Shown: positions 1 to 12,188 of the stretch, one piece after another
Position numbering within the stretch: position 1 is the first letter of the stretch
Layout of the letters: every line of letters begins with the position of its first letter
Assembly (NCBI GenBank): GCA_963803435.1
Contig: CAWDML010000006.1
Coordinates: forward strand, 228,044 to 292,043
DNA: 64,000 bases
Direction: 5' to 3'
From: an uncultured delta proteobacterium
GTDB taxonomy: Bacteria; Myxococcota; Kuafuiibacteriia; Kuafuiibacteriales; Kuafuiibacteriaceae
Made by a program: the position numbers and the translations under genes
The notes under the pieces: generated by a model
The model's database searches: none
What the model saw: only the letters and a program-made list of their open reading frames with translations
Told to the model about the DNA's origin: nothing

Positions 1-372
1 CGGGAGGTCGGCGCCAAGCACGATCGAGTGGTCGTCGCCGTCGACGTCGTGCGGAACCCACCCGAGCCAGAGGCCTGGCGAGATCGCGGCGTCGAAGTAC
101 TCGGTCCGGATCGGGTTGTACTTTCCCATCAGCCGCAGGTGGCCGGGCGCGCCCGCGAGGACGCCGAGCTCGAAGTCCTTGGCCGCACCGACGTGGAGCG
201 CGTAGCTCGGCATCGGCACCGGCCGAGGATCGCGCCCCGGCTGGATGTACGAGCTCAGCGAGATGCTGTGGCTGATGTCCCCCGGTGCGAGCGTCCGCGC
301 CGTCTCGAACGTGTTCATCGAGAGACACCCTCCGGTGAGCAGCAGCAGCGGAGTGAGAGCACGCGCGTTCAT
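1..372 (-). CDS. Putative lipoprotein, hypothetical (runs off the window edge)
   Basis: Hand translation from ATG 372 (ATGA overlap with the upstream gene's stop): MNARALTPLLLLTGGCLSMNTFETARTLAPG..., a lipobox-like LTGGC; frame open to position 1. Confidence 0.6.
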   Translation of the reverse strand, partial: MNARALTPLLLLTGGCLSMNTFETARTLAPGDISHSISLSSYIQPGRDPRPVPMPSYALHVGAAKDFELGVLAGAPGHLRLMGKYNPIRTEYFDAAISPGLWLGWVPHDVDGDDHSIVLGADLP

Positions 373-2025
373 CGGCGCCGCACCCATCCGATCAGGAGGA
401 GCGCCAGCAGCCCGAGCGCGCCCGAGCCGCCGCCGGACGCGCCGGTGGTCGAGCAACCGCAACCCCCAACCTTGCTGTTGTGCTTGTCGAGCAGCTGCCC
501 GATCAGCTTCGAGTTGTCCTGGATCAGCCGGCCCTCGTTGAGCTGCTCGATCTTGACGGCCGACGGCATCGAGTCGAGCACGCTGCGGTCGCCCTGACCG
601 TTCTTCCCCAGCTGGACGGTCTGCCCGGTCTCCTCGATCTCGAGCCGGACGTTCGCGTTCTCGGCCCGCCCGCCCACGCCGCAGTCGAAGACGGCGGTGG
701 CGCGGTGAACGCGGTCGACGTCGGGGAGCTTGGGATCGAACACGAAGGTGGGATCGATCGTCATCTCGTCGGGAGAGATCAGCGTGAAGAGGCGGGTGAC
801 GTAGCGATACTGATCGAAGATCTCCTGCATCGCCCGCTCGCGCTCGACGATCCGATCCCAGATCTCCTGCGTCGCCTCGGCCGGATCGAACGGATCGTTG
901 GGGAACGTGCCGTTGAAGGCCTGCGGATTCGCCTTGAACGCCTCCTTGGTGGTACCGGCGGCGACGAACACCGAGTCGGGGAGGTGGCGCGTCAGGATGC
1001 CGACGATCTCACGGTGCTGGAGGAGCCCCTGCTGGGCGAGCAGCGTCACGAACTGGTTGACGGTGGTCGTCGCCTCGATGGCCGCCCGGTCGTACTGGTG
1101 CCGGTGTAGAAGGCGCCGCGGAAATCTGCGCGTCGCCTGCGAACTCCGTGGTGAAGGCGTTGCCCGAGCCCTCGTCAGCCGCCTCGGCGACGACCTGCCG
1201 ATAGTTGGCGCCGCCGGAGAGCCAGTCGATCTTCGCGAGGTTGAGCGTGACGTGGTTGTAGTTCTCCGGGATGGCCCGGCCCTCGTTCGAGAGCACCACA
1301 GTGCTGATCTGCATGTCCTCGAGCGCGGCGATCGCGGTGAGCCGGATCGGCACGCAGACCTCGTCGCCGGCCATGGTGATGACCACCGGCTCGAGGTCGC
1401 CCACGTCGTTGCTCTTGCGCAGCTTGAGCGCCAGCAACGTGTCACCGTTCGCGAGATACGGCGTGACCGAGTCCATCATCTCGTCGCTGACGAAGTAGCC
1501 ATTGTCGGTGAGCCAGGTGCGGATGTCCTGCGGGTCGCTCGACTGGATGACCGCCGAGTCATAGGGACCCACCTCCTGCTGATCGATCACGCGGACGCTG
1601 CTCTCCGGCTCCGCGACACTGCTGAGCACGTCCTCCTCACGTCCGGGAAAGGCCACCTCCTCGTTCGTGCAGATGCCCTCGTCCCGCCGGGAGACGAAGA
1701 ACTGGGGCTGGGTCATCGCGAGGACGTTCGAAAAGCTCAACGCCGGGACCACATCCACGTCGAGGGGCGCGGATTGGAGCGGCAACACCCAGGCGAACTC
1801 GCTCGCCGTGCCCTGATAGTCGATGCTGATGATCGCCTGCACCCTCCCGTGCTCGCGATCCACGCCGAACACGATCCCCTCGCCCGTTTGCGCGATCGGG
1901 AAGGTGACCGCGCCCTGCGAGTCGCAGAAGAGGCCCCCACACGCGTCGGCGCGTTGAGCGCCCGCCAGCAGCCCGACGGACAGCGAGAGCCCTGCAATCC
2001 AACGTCCATTGATCCGAGTGTGCAT
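369..2025 (-). CDS. DUF2330-like exported protein with C-terminal MYXO-CTERM-type sorting tail (frameshifted near 1095-1125)
   Basis: N-part in ORF 1009..2037 (signal peptide, ACGGLFC, QTGEGIVF, YQGTASEFAWVLPL, EVGPYD, CVPIRLTAIAA, FTTEFAG). C-part in ORF 369..1445 (YVTRLFTLISPDEMTIDPTF, ending GGCGCSTT...LLALLLIGWVRRR). Confidence 0.8.
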
Positions 2026-2037
2026 GCGCGCACGCAA

Positions 2038-2053
2038 AGCAGTGGGCGGGCCA
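2038..2053 (-). promoter_or_regulatory. sigma54 (-24/-12) promoter motif
   Basis: Minus strand TGGCCCGCCCACTGCT has GG-N10-GC; the C is 14 nt from the ATG at 2025. Confidence 0.55.
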
Positions 2054-2164
2054 ACGTCCCGGTCGGCCTGGATTCGGCAAAGATTTCACCGGTCTCGCGA
2101 TCGGCGTCGAGGGACGCGCCCGATCCATCTCGGACATTCGCGTCAGGGCCTCTAAGATTCCCGG

Positions 2165-2530
2165 GTGACCGACGCGAGGCGTCGACTGGCCGACAATCCG
2201 TTCTACGTCCTCGGCCTCCGGCCCGACGCCGGCGCGGTCGAGGTGGAGCGCGAGGCGCAGAAGGTCCTCGGCATGCTCTCGCTCGACCTCGCTGACGCCA
2301 AGAGCTACCGGAGCCCGCTCGGCGAGCACACGCGCGACGCGGACAAGGTGCGCCGGGCCGTAGCCGAGCTCCGCGATCCGGCGCGCCGGCTGGTGCACGA
2401 GCTGTGGGCGCAGCTGCCGTCTGACGCCGTGGTGGAGCTCGACGATCCCGAGGCCTTCACGGAGGATCGCCGCGAGCTGGCCGCGCCATGGTCCGACGCC
2501 ATGGCCATCCTCGGCTGGAGCGACGCGTGA
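2165..2530 (+). CDS. Small protein with J-domain-like N-terminus (no HPD motif)
   Basis: DNPFYVLGLRPDA...VRRAVAELRDPARRL resembles the start and end of J-domains; GTG start; stop overlaps next gene (GTGA). Confidence 0.6.
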   Translation: MTDARRRLADNPFYVLGLRPDAGAVEVEREAQKVLGMLSLDLADAKSYRSPLGEHTRDADKVRRAVAELRDPARRLVHELWAQLPSDAVVELDDPEAFTEDRRELAAPWSDAMAILGWSDA

Positions 2531-3882
2531 CCCTCACCATCAATCCGTCCGCCCTCGGGCTCGTGGCCGCCTGGCCGGTGGGCGTCGCGCTGTTGCTCGT
2601 GATCTTCCCCTGGCCGATCGTCCGTTACCTCCTCATCCCCCTCGGCCTTCCTCGCCTCGCGTTCGTGGTCACGCACTTCGCCCTCCTCACCTGGGCCGGG
2701 CGGCCCCGCGGCGGTGCGCTCGTCGCCGCGGCCTGGGCCGCGCTCCGCTCGAAGCGCGATCATCGCGAGCTGCTCGACATGCTCGAGGGGCTGCTTGCGA
2801 ACCGCCGCCTCGGGATCGCTGAGGTCACCGCTTACGGTCTGATCGCCGCCAAGCGCGGACACCTCGACGACGCTCGAACCCTCATCGGTGCGGCCGACGA
2901 CTTCGCGCGGAACCACCCGCCCACGCTCGCGCGGGCCCTGGCGGCCGAATGGACCACCGCCGAGGCCGCCGCACGCGGGGACTGGGAGCGGGTCGCGCGC
3001 GTCGCCCGCAGCTCCGACCCGTTGGCCCGCACCCGCATCACGCGCCTCCTCGGTGACGTCGCCGCCCGGCTGACCGGCGTGGAGGACGTCCCGGCCCGGC
3101 GGCTCTGGCTCCGCTGGGCGATCGCGCCGCGCCGGCTCTGGACACGCCCGCTGGTCCAGCGCGCCCTCAAGCAGGCGCCCGGATCCGCGTCCAAGGTCGT
3201 TCGTGCCGAGCCCGTGGTGCTCCCTGCCGCCGGCGATCCGCTCGCGCACGCCATGACCCTCCACGTGGCCCTGCTACGCCGTCCCGTCGAGGCCCTCCTG
3301 AGCGAGGACCTCTTCCGCCTGGCGCGCGCCTGGGATGCCGCCTTCGCCGATCCCGCCCTCGCGGGTCGCACCGCCGAGCGCGCGCGCGAGCTCAACACGA
3401 CCGCGACCGCGCGCCCGCTCGCCCAGCTCGCCGAGGACGTCCAGTCCGATCTGGTGATGCTGGCGCAGACCGCGGAGATCCCGCTGATCGATCGCGAGCC
3501 CGGCCCGACGCTCAACGCCGCCAAGAAGAGGCTCCGGGATGCCTCGCTCTCCGAGCTCGAGCTCGCCGCCACCGCGCTGGACCAGCGCATTCACCAGAAG
3601 AAGAAGCTCCCCGCGGTCGACGAGTGGCGCGAATGGCTCGCGCTTCGACACCGCGCCGAGCTCGCCTTCCGCCTCGGCGGCCCCAAGCTCCACCGCCTGG
3701 CGTTCTCGGCGCTTCACTCCCCGGTCTGCTCGCTGGCGGTGTGGCTCTTCAATGAGCGTCGCGAACGCTACGCGGCCCACTCGATCTTCCGCTGGCTGTT
3801 GCAGCACGCCGAGGCCGTCGACGACGTCGACTCGATCCGCCTCCAGCAAGGAAACGTGACCGCCTCCTCCGGCAAGCTCTGA
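2527..3882 (+). CDS. Hypothetical membrane protein with helical cytoplasmic region
   Basis: ORF 2488..3882; GTG at 2527 coupled to the upstream stop; hydrophobic N-terminal segments. Confidence 0.65.
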   Translation: MTLTINPSALGLVAAWPVGVALLLVIFPWPIVRYLLIPLGLPRLAFVVTHFALLTWAGRPRGGALVAAAWAALRSKRDHRELLDMLEGLLANRRLGIAEVTAYGLIAAKRGHLDDARTLIGAADDFARNHPPTLARALAAEWTTAEAAARGDWERVARVARSSDPLARTRITRLLGDVAARLTGVEDVPARRLWLRWAIAPRRLWTRPLVQRALKQAPGSASKVVRAEPVVLPAAGDPLAHAMTLHVALLRRPVEALLSEDLFRLARAWDAAFADPALAGRTAERARELNTTATARPLAQLAEDVQSDLVMLAQTAEIPLIDREPGPTLNAAKKRLRDASLSELELAATALDQRIHQKKKLPAVDEWREWLALRHRAELAFRLGGPKLHRLAFSALHSPVCSLAVWLFNERRERYAAHSIFRWLLQHAEAVDDVDSIRLQQGNVTASSGKL

Positions 3883-3885
3883 TCG

Positions 3886-5277
3886 TCACGCCTCCTTGAG
3901 CGCGGTGTTCAGCTCGATCAGCGCCTTCTTCCCGTCGCCGAACAGCATCAGACAGTTGTCCGCCGCGAACAGCGGGTTCGGGATCCCGGCGAAGCCCGGC
4001 GAGAGGCTGCGCTTGACCACCACCACGGTGCGCGCCTTGTCGACGTCGAGGATCGGCATCCCGGCGATCGGGCTCTTCGGGTCGGTCCGCGCTACCGGAT
4101 TCACGACGTCGTTGGCGCCCACCACCAGGACCACGTCGACCGTCCCGAACGTCGGGTTGATGACGTCCATCTCCTTGAGCGACTCGTAGGGAATGTCGGC
4201 CTCGGCCAGGAGCACGTTCATGTGGCCCGGCATCCGTCCTGCGACCGGATGGATCCCGAACTCGACCTCGACGCCGCGCTCCTCCAGCAGGCTCGTCAGA
4301 TCGCGCACCTGATGCTGGGCCTGGGCGACCGCCAGGCCGTACCCCGGGACGATGACGACGCGCTGGGCGCCGTCGAACAACATCGCCACCTCCTCCGGCG
4401 AGGTGGCCTTGACCTTGCCCGCATAGACGTCGTCCGCCGACGGGCCTCCGGCCGAGGCCTCCATCTTCCCGAAGAGGACGTTCGTCAGCGATCGGTTCAT
4501 CGCCTTGCACATGATCTGCGTGAGGATGATCCCTGAGGCGCCGACGAGCGAGCCTGCGATGATCAGGACGTTGTTCTGGAGGACGAAGCCGGTGGCGGAG
4601 GCCGCGATCCCCGAGTAGCTGTTGAGCAGCGCGATCACCACCGGCATGTCCGCACCGCCGATCGAGACCACCAGGAACACGCCCAGCACCGAGGCGACAC
4701 CGAGGAGGATCCAGTACGCCTCCACGGCGCTGGGCTCCATCGTGATCCAAGCGCCCAACCCGACCGAGGCCACCGCCAGCAGCGCGTTCACGAACTGCTG
4801 TCCGGAGAAGCCGGTCATCTTGTTGATGAGCTTGATCTCCTGGAGCTTGGCGAACGCGATGAAGCTGCCCGTGAACGTCACGGCGCCCACGATGCCCGAG
4901 GCGGCGGTCGCCACCAGGAACTGGGAGGTGGCGATGGCGGGCGTCTCCTGCGCTTGAAGCAGCGCCGTGCCGGCCACCAGCGCCGACGCTGCGCCGCCGA
5001 AGCCGTTGAGGAGCGCCACCAGCTGCGGCATGGCGGTCATCTCGATCTTGATCGCCATGATCATGCCGATCCCGGAGCCGACGACGAGACCGCCGAGGAT
5101 CAGCTTGTAGTCGATGATCTGCTGATCGAGGAGCGTCACCACGACCGCGATCAACATACCGATCGCACCGATGAAGTTGCCGCGCACCGCGGTGCGCGGA
5201 TGCGTCAGGCCCTTGAGCCCCAGGATGAAGAGGATCGAGGCCACCAGATAGGCGAAGTTGATGATGGTGAGCCGCAT
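3886..5277 (-). CDS. pntB: NAD(P)+ transhydrogenase beta subunit
   Basis: MTAMPQLVALLNGFGG, GGADMPVVIALLNSYSG, HPVAGRMPGHMNVLLAEA, GANDVVNP. Confidence 0.97.
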   Translation of the reverse strand: MRLTIINFAYLVASILFILGLKGLTHPRTAVRGNFIGAIGMLIAVVVTLLDQQIIDYKLILGGLVVGSGIGMIMAIKIEMTAMPQLVALLNGFGGAASALVAGTALLQAQETPAIATSQFLVATAASGIVGAVTFTGSFIAFAKLQEIKLINKMTGFSGQQFVNALLAVASVGLGAWITMEPSAVEAYWILLGVASVLGVFLVVSIGGADMPVVIALLNSYSGIAASATGFVLQNNVLIIAGSLVGASGIILTQIMCKAMNRSLTNVLFGKMEASAGGPSADDVYAGKVKATSPEEVAMLFDGAQRVVIVPGYGLAVAQAQHQVRDLTSLLEERGVEVEFGIHPVAGRMPGHMNVLLAEADIPYESLKEMDVINPTFGTVDVVLVVGANDVVNPVARTDPKSPIAGMPILDVDKARTVVVVKRSLSPGFAGIPNPLFAADNCLMLFGDGKKALIELNTALKEA

Positions 5278-5278
5278 G

Positions 5279-5563
5279 TCAGCTCTTCTTCCTGGCGAAC
5301 ATCCCGAGCATCCGGTGCGTCACCCAGAAGCCTCCGACGACGTTGATGGTCGCGAACACCACCGCGACGAACCCGAGCCACGAGGCGAGCTGGCTCTCCT
5401 TCGCGCCGGCGGCCAGCAGCGCGCCCGCCACCGTGATCCCGGAGATCGCGTTCGATCCCGACATCAACGGCGTGTGGAGCGTGGGCGGGACCTTCGTGAT
5501 GATTTCGAAGCCGACGAACACCGCGAGCACGAACACGGTGAGGGCGGCGACCAGCGCTTCCAT
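5279..5563 (-). CDS. pntAB: NAD(P) transhydrogenase alpha subunit part 2 (membrane part)
   Basis: KVPPTLHTPLMSGSNAISGI, INVVGGFWVTHRMLGMF; probable start MEALVAA at 5563 after a GGAAGAG RBS-like sequence. Confidence 0.93.
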   Translation of the reverse strand: MEALVAALTVFVLAVFVGFEIITKVPPTLHTPLMSGSNAISGITVAGALLAAGAKESQLASWLGFVAVVFATINVVGGFWVTHRMLGMFARKKS

Positions 5564-5674
5564 CAGCTCTTCCCTCCGGAATGCCTGCGACCGCTGGAAC
5601 TCCAACGATCACGGGTAGCTGGGCGTCTAGCCCACGGGGTGAGGCCTGTCCACCCTCAATCCGCGCCTGCAGGG

Positions 5675-8122
<2,448 letters not shown>

Positions 8123-8148
8123 GGGGGCGGAGCATACACCCGCACCGG

Positions 8149-8454
8149 TTAGATCAACCCGTCGCTCGGGCGTCCCTTCTGGATTCGCCAGCGGCGGATG
8201 TTGCCTTCCAGATACGGATACGCGGTGAGGTAGTACGACTCGAAGTGGCCATCCGGACTGGTCTTGGTCCGCAGCGTGTCCTGGATCAGGAACTTCGAGC
8301 CGATGATCGGGCGATCATCGGAGAGCTGGTCCTCTCCGTGGAGCACGACGCGCTCACGGCGCATCAGATCCGCCACCTCGTCTGCGCTGGCGTTTTCGAG
8401 CTGATCGCACCACCTCTGCAGTCGCGTGACCAAGCCGTCGATCATTCCGTGCAC
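8149..8454 (-). CDS. Hypothetical protein
   Basis: 101 aa ORF filling the gap between same-strand genes; no recognisable motif. Confidence 0.45.
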   Translation of the reverse strand: MHGMIDGLVTRLQRWCDQLENASADEVADLMRRERVVLHGEDQLSDDRPIIGSKFLIQDTLRTKTSPDGHFESYYLTAYPYLEGNIRRWRIQKGRPSDGLI

Positions 8455-8502
8455 TCAGATATGTCAACAGATCGGCGATGCCGTCGAGGGGGCCGAGGTA
8501 GG

Positions 8503-9849
8503 CTACTCGGTTCCGAGGTACGCATTGATCAGCGCCGTCGCGAACAGGTGTCCGACCAGATCGCCCCCCTTCGATCGGGGATGGACCATGTCGTCGTTCA
8601 TGATCCCCTCCGCGAACCAGCGCCCGAACGCCCCCTCCCCGCCCATCGCCGTGTACGTGTCCCAGAAGGCGCAGCCGTGCGCCTGCGCCACAGCCTTTTG
8701 GATGTCGCGGACCTCGGTGAGGTAGCGCTTGCTTCCGATGGTGCCGTCCTCGTGGGCCTCGCCTGCGTCCATCGGGCCGACCAGCAGGCAGTCCGCGTCC
8801 GGCGCAAAGGCCCGGAGGCGCGCGACCAGCTTCTCGTGATCCTGCCGCACCTGGTCGAGCGTGCGCTTCTCCTCCCGCACCATCAGTGCGTCGTTCCCGC
8901 CCACCATCAGGACCACCAGATCCGGCGCCAGCGCCGTGAGGTGCTCCTCGAACGAGCGCTGCTCCAGCTCCAGATAGACCTTCGCGTCTGCACCGACCGG
9001 TCCGATCGAGTCGTAGATCAGGCCCGACTCCGTCGACTCGAAGGAGAGCCCGAAGATCTCCGCGCCCGTCCCGTCGGCCACGATGTTGAGCGTCTCCGGC
9101 GGCGTGGCACCGCCGAGACGGTGCTCCGGAATCTCCACCTTCTCCACCAGGCTGCGTGCCCGCCGGTGACCGGTCGAGAACTCGTCGATCAGCTCCTCCT
9201 CTGCATACACCTTCACCGGCGCGCCCCCCCGGGTGCCGTGGTAGTAGATGCTCAGCTCGTGGTCGTTCGGCCGGAGCACGTACTTGGCCGACGCGCCCCT
9301 GCGCGTCGAGATCAGCCGCATCCCCGCGAAGCCGAAGGCATGCCCGGGACCGTCGGGATCGACGATCCGCTGCCGCCGCCAGCCCATTCGTTTCAAACGA
9401 CGACCGCCGTACGGCGCCCGCTGATCGATGACGACGAACCCGCGCCCCGCATCTCCGAAGCGTGCCTGGAGCCGCTCCCGGATCGTCCGCGTGATGTAGT
9501 CGGCCGCGATGTGCGAGTCGCCCAGATGCAGCACGCGGACCACGCCCTCCTTGGTCCGGTCGAGCTGATCGAGCTTGTGGAAGAACCAATCGAGGTCGCC
9601 CTTCGACTCGATGGGAAACGGCGTCGCGCCCACCGTCTTGGCCAGATCGTCGAGCTCCTGGCTGGCCGGGAACGGCCGCGTCCGCCGCGGCTTCTTCCGC
9701 GCCGGCTTGGGCGGCGGCTTCGGCGGCGGCGCCTCGGTATCGTCGGCGAAGGCCGCCTGCCGCCGATGACGCCAGCCCGACGGAGAGGACGCGCAGCCGA
9801 GGACGGTCGCCAGGATGAGAACCGCGTTCTTGTGGTTTCGCCCACCCAT
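8503..9849 (-). CDS. SGNH/GDSL hydrolase lipoprotein (peptidoglycan O-acetyl esterase/transferase-like)
   Basis: LHLGDSHIAAD, RFGDAGRGF, GGNDA, DDMVHP (Ser...Asp-x-x-His); lipobox VLGC near ATG 9849. Confidence 0.8.
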   Translation of the reverse strand: MGGRNHKNAVLILATVLGCASSPSGWRHRRQAAFADDTEAPPPKPPPKPARKKPRRTRPFPASQELDDLAKTVGATPFPIESKGDLDWFFHKLDQLDRTKEGVVRVLHLGDSHIAADYITRTIRERLQARFGDAGRGFVVIDQRAPYGGRRLKRMGWRRQRIVDPDGPGHAFGFAGMRLISTRRGASAKYVLRPNDHELSIYYHGTRGGAPVKVYAEEELIDEFSTGHRRARSLVEKVEIPEHRLGGATPPETLNIVADGTGAEIFGLSFESTESGLIYDSIGPVGADAKVYLELEQRSFEEHLTALAPDLVVLMVGGNDALMVREEKRTLDQVRQDHEKLVARLRAFAPDADCLLVGPMDAGEAHEDGTIGSKRYLTEVRDIQKAVAQAHGCAFWDTYTAMGGEGAFGRWFAEGIMNDDMVHPRSKGGDLVGHLFATALINAYLGTE

Positions 9850-9885
9850 CCGTTTCGGAGCTTTCCTCGTGATACCGTCCTCCGG

Positions 9886-10965
9886 GTGCTCCGTCGAGCC
9901 TCGATCCTCACGGTGACCCTGCTCCTGCCGCTCCCGGCCCAGGCATTTCCGGAGGGGCCATTCAAGCCCTCGTCCGAGCTCACGATCGCGCCCTGGGCGA
10001 AGGAGATGGATCAGTTGATCGCGCATCTCGAGCGTCACTTCCCCGGGCACATGAACGTGTATGTATCCGACCCGTGGCGGGGCTTCCGGTACGGGTACAA
10101 GGACGACATCGCGGTGTACCTCGCCTCGGTCGTCAAGACGACCTTCATGATCGAGGTCTTCCGCCAGCGCGAGCAGGGCAAGCTGACCTTCGACGACACG
10201 ATCGAGTACACCGAGGACGACATCCGGGACGGCGCGCCCCGGGTCAACGACCAGCCCCTCGGCACGAAGCTCCCCATCTCGCTGCTGCTCGACTGGATGA
10301 TCCGCTCCAGCGACAACGCGGCCGCCGACATGCTGGCCAAGCGTGTCGGCCTCCCCAACGTCGAGCGCGGTCTGGTCGCGGAGGGCCTCCTCGGGTTCAC
10401 GCGGCTCACGTACCTGATCGACGTGCGGCGCGGCTTCTTCCGCGAGGTGGACATCACCGCGGACGACCTCTCGCCGTCCGACGTCCGAGAGATCCGGTGG
10501 ACCCCGATCTGGGAGCCCCAGATCCGCAAGCTGGAGGAGAAGCTGGGGCGCCCACCCCTCACCTTCGACCGGAAGATGATGTTCGACGCGTACGACCGCT
10601 ACTACGCGACCCACGTCAACGGGGCCCCCATGCGCACGATGGGCCTGATCTACGAGAAGATCGTGCGAAAAGAGCTGGTCAGCCCGAAGGGGAGCGAGGA
10701 CATGTTCATCCTCCTCGGCGACGCGCGCACCAGCGAGCACCGGATCCTGGGGCGCCTCCCCAAGGGAACGGTCGTCATGCACAAGACGGGGAGCCAGTTC
10801 AACCGATGTTGTGATACCGGGATCGTCATGCTGCCCGACGATCAGCCGCTGATCGTGGCCGTCTGCACCCAGGACGGCCCAGTGCCGAAGGCCGAGGACA
10901 GCATCGCCCAGATCACCCGCAAGGCTTACGATCTCGCAATCGAGGACCACCAGAGGCTACGATGA
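9886..10965 (+). CDS. Class A beta-lactamase-like serine hydrolase (PBP-like)
   Basis: ASVVK (SxxK), SDN and HKTG motifs; signal peptide from GTG 9886 (in frame with ORF 8245..10965). Confidence 0.85.
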   Translation: MLRRASILTVTLLLPLPAQAFPEGPFKPSSELTIAPWAKEMDQLIAHLERHFPGHMNVYVSDPWRGFRYGYKDDIAVYLASVVKTTFMIEVFRQREQGKLTFDDTIEYTEDDIRDGAPRVNDQPLGTKLPISLLLDWMIRSSDNAAADMLAKRVGLPNVERGLVAEGLLGFTRLTYLIDVRRGFFREVDITADDLSPSDVREIRWTPIWEPQIRKLEEKLGRPPLTFDRKMMFDAYDRYYATHVNGAPMRTMGLIYEKIVRKELVSPKGSEDMFILLGDARTSEHRILGRLPKGTVVMHKTGSQFNRCCDTGIVMLPDDQPLIVAVCTQDGPVPKAEDSIAQITRKAYDLAIEDHQRLR

Positions 10966-12182
10966 CGTCGGTGCGCGGGCTGCTCGGGCTTCCTCTTCTG
11001 ATGATGCTTTCTTCGCCGGCGCGCGCCGACGACTACTTCCCCTCCTGGCCGGTGGCGCTCCAAACGGACGTGGTTCGAGCGGCCCGGAGCTTCCCCGGCG
11101 AGTTCGCGCTCTACATCAAGGACCTCAGCTCGGGCACCCGCTACGAGTACAACTCCGCGACGCCGATCTATCTCGCCTCCACGATCAAGGTGGCCGTCAT
11201 GGTCGAGCTGTTCCGTCAGGTCGAGGCGAAGCAAGTGTCGCTCGAGGACGAGCTCATCTACAGCGCACCCGACGTCCGCGACGGCGCACCGCTCCTCTCC
11301 TTCCTTCGGATCGGCACGCCGGTCTCGGTGCAGATCCTCCTCGAGGCGATGATCCAGCACAGCGACAACGCCGCCACCGACATGTTGATCCGCCACATCG
11401 GGATCGACAACGTGAACCGCGGGCTGGTGAAGGAGGGGGTGTTCGGCTTCGGCCCGATCACCACGCTCCTCGACGTGCGCCGGTTGATGTACCAGCACAT
11501 CGATCCGGCGACGGCCGACTTCACGCCCCAGCAGATCTTCCAGCTCGGCGTGGTGCGGCCCCTCGACATGCGTCTTCAGGCGCTCGCCGAGCTCCTCGAT
11601 CGACCGCCGGGCTCTCTGACCAAGGTCGACTGGAACCGCGCGTTCGAGGCCTACTACGAGGTCGGCTACAACACCGCGCCCTTGGAGGCGATGGCCGCGC
11701 TCCTCGAGGGCCTGGAGCGGGGGAAGATCGTCAACGCGGCCCGCAGCCGGCAGATGCTCGAGGTCATGATGGGCACCCAGACCGGGACGCGGCGCATGCG
11801 GGCCGGGCTCCCGGCAGGCACGCTCATCGCGCACAAGACCGGGACGCAATACCGGCGCATCTGCGACGTCGGCATCTTCTACATGCCGAACAACCGGCCC
11901 ATCCTCTTCACCGCGTGCGTGAAGGGTGGGCGTAAGTCTCAAGCAGAGGACCTGATCGCCCGCATCGCCCGCCGCACCTACTGGCACCTGTCACCGCCCA
12001 CCGAGCGAAAGCGGCTGCGCTTCCCCACGGAGTCGGCGGCCGCCACGCCGGAGGTGGAGGATGAGGGCGACGAGGACGAGGAGCTGATGGCACCCGCGCT
12101 GCGCTCGAAGATCAAAGCACTGACGAAGCGGAAGTCCCGCAAGAAGGCGCCGTCGCCGCCGGCCAAGAAACCGAGCAAGTAG
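10962..12182 (+). CDS. Class A beta-lactamase-like serine hydrolase, paralogue 2
   Basis: ASTIK, SDN, HKTG; signal peptide; acidic then Lys-rich C-terminal tail. Confidence 0.87.
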   Translation: MTSVRGLLGLPLLMMLSSPARADDYFPSWPVALQTDVVRAARSFPGEFALYIKDLSSGTRYEYNSATPIYLASTIKVAVMVELFRQVEAKQVSLEDELIYSAPDVRDGAPLLSFLRIGTPVSVQILLEAMIQHSDNAATDMLIRHIGIDNVNRGLVKEGVFGFGPITTLLDVRRLMYQHIDPATADFTPQQIFQLGVVRPLDMRLQALAELLDRPPGSLTKVDWNRAFEAYYEVGYNTAPLEAMAALLEGLERGKIVNAARSRQMLEVMMGTQTGTRRMRAGLPAGTLIAHKTGTQYRRICDVGIFYMPNNRPILFTACVKGGRKSQAEDLIARIARRTYWHLSPPTERKRLRFPTESAAATPEVEDEGDEDEELMAPALRSKIKALTKRKSRKKAPSPPAKKPSK

Positions 12183-12188
12183 CTTGCG

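Noticed and set aside
3981-4000. ATCCCGGCGAAGCC in pntB as another REP-like copy
   Set aside because: Encodes the conserved SPGFAGI segment; lacks the GTC tag and second stem arm.
9886-12182. Antibiotic-resistance beta-lactamases
   Set aside because: Fold motifs alone do not show activity, and the omega-loop region is atypical.
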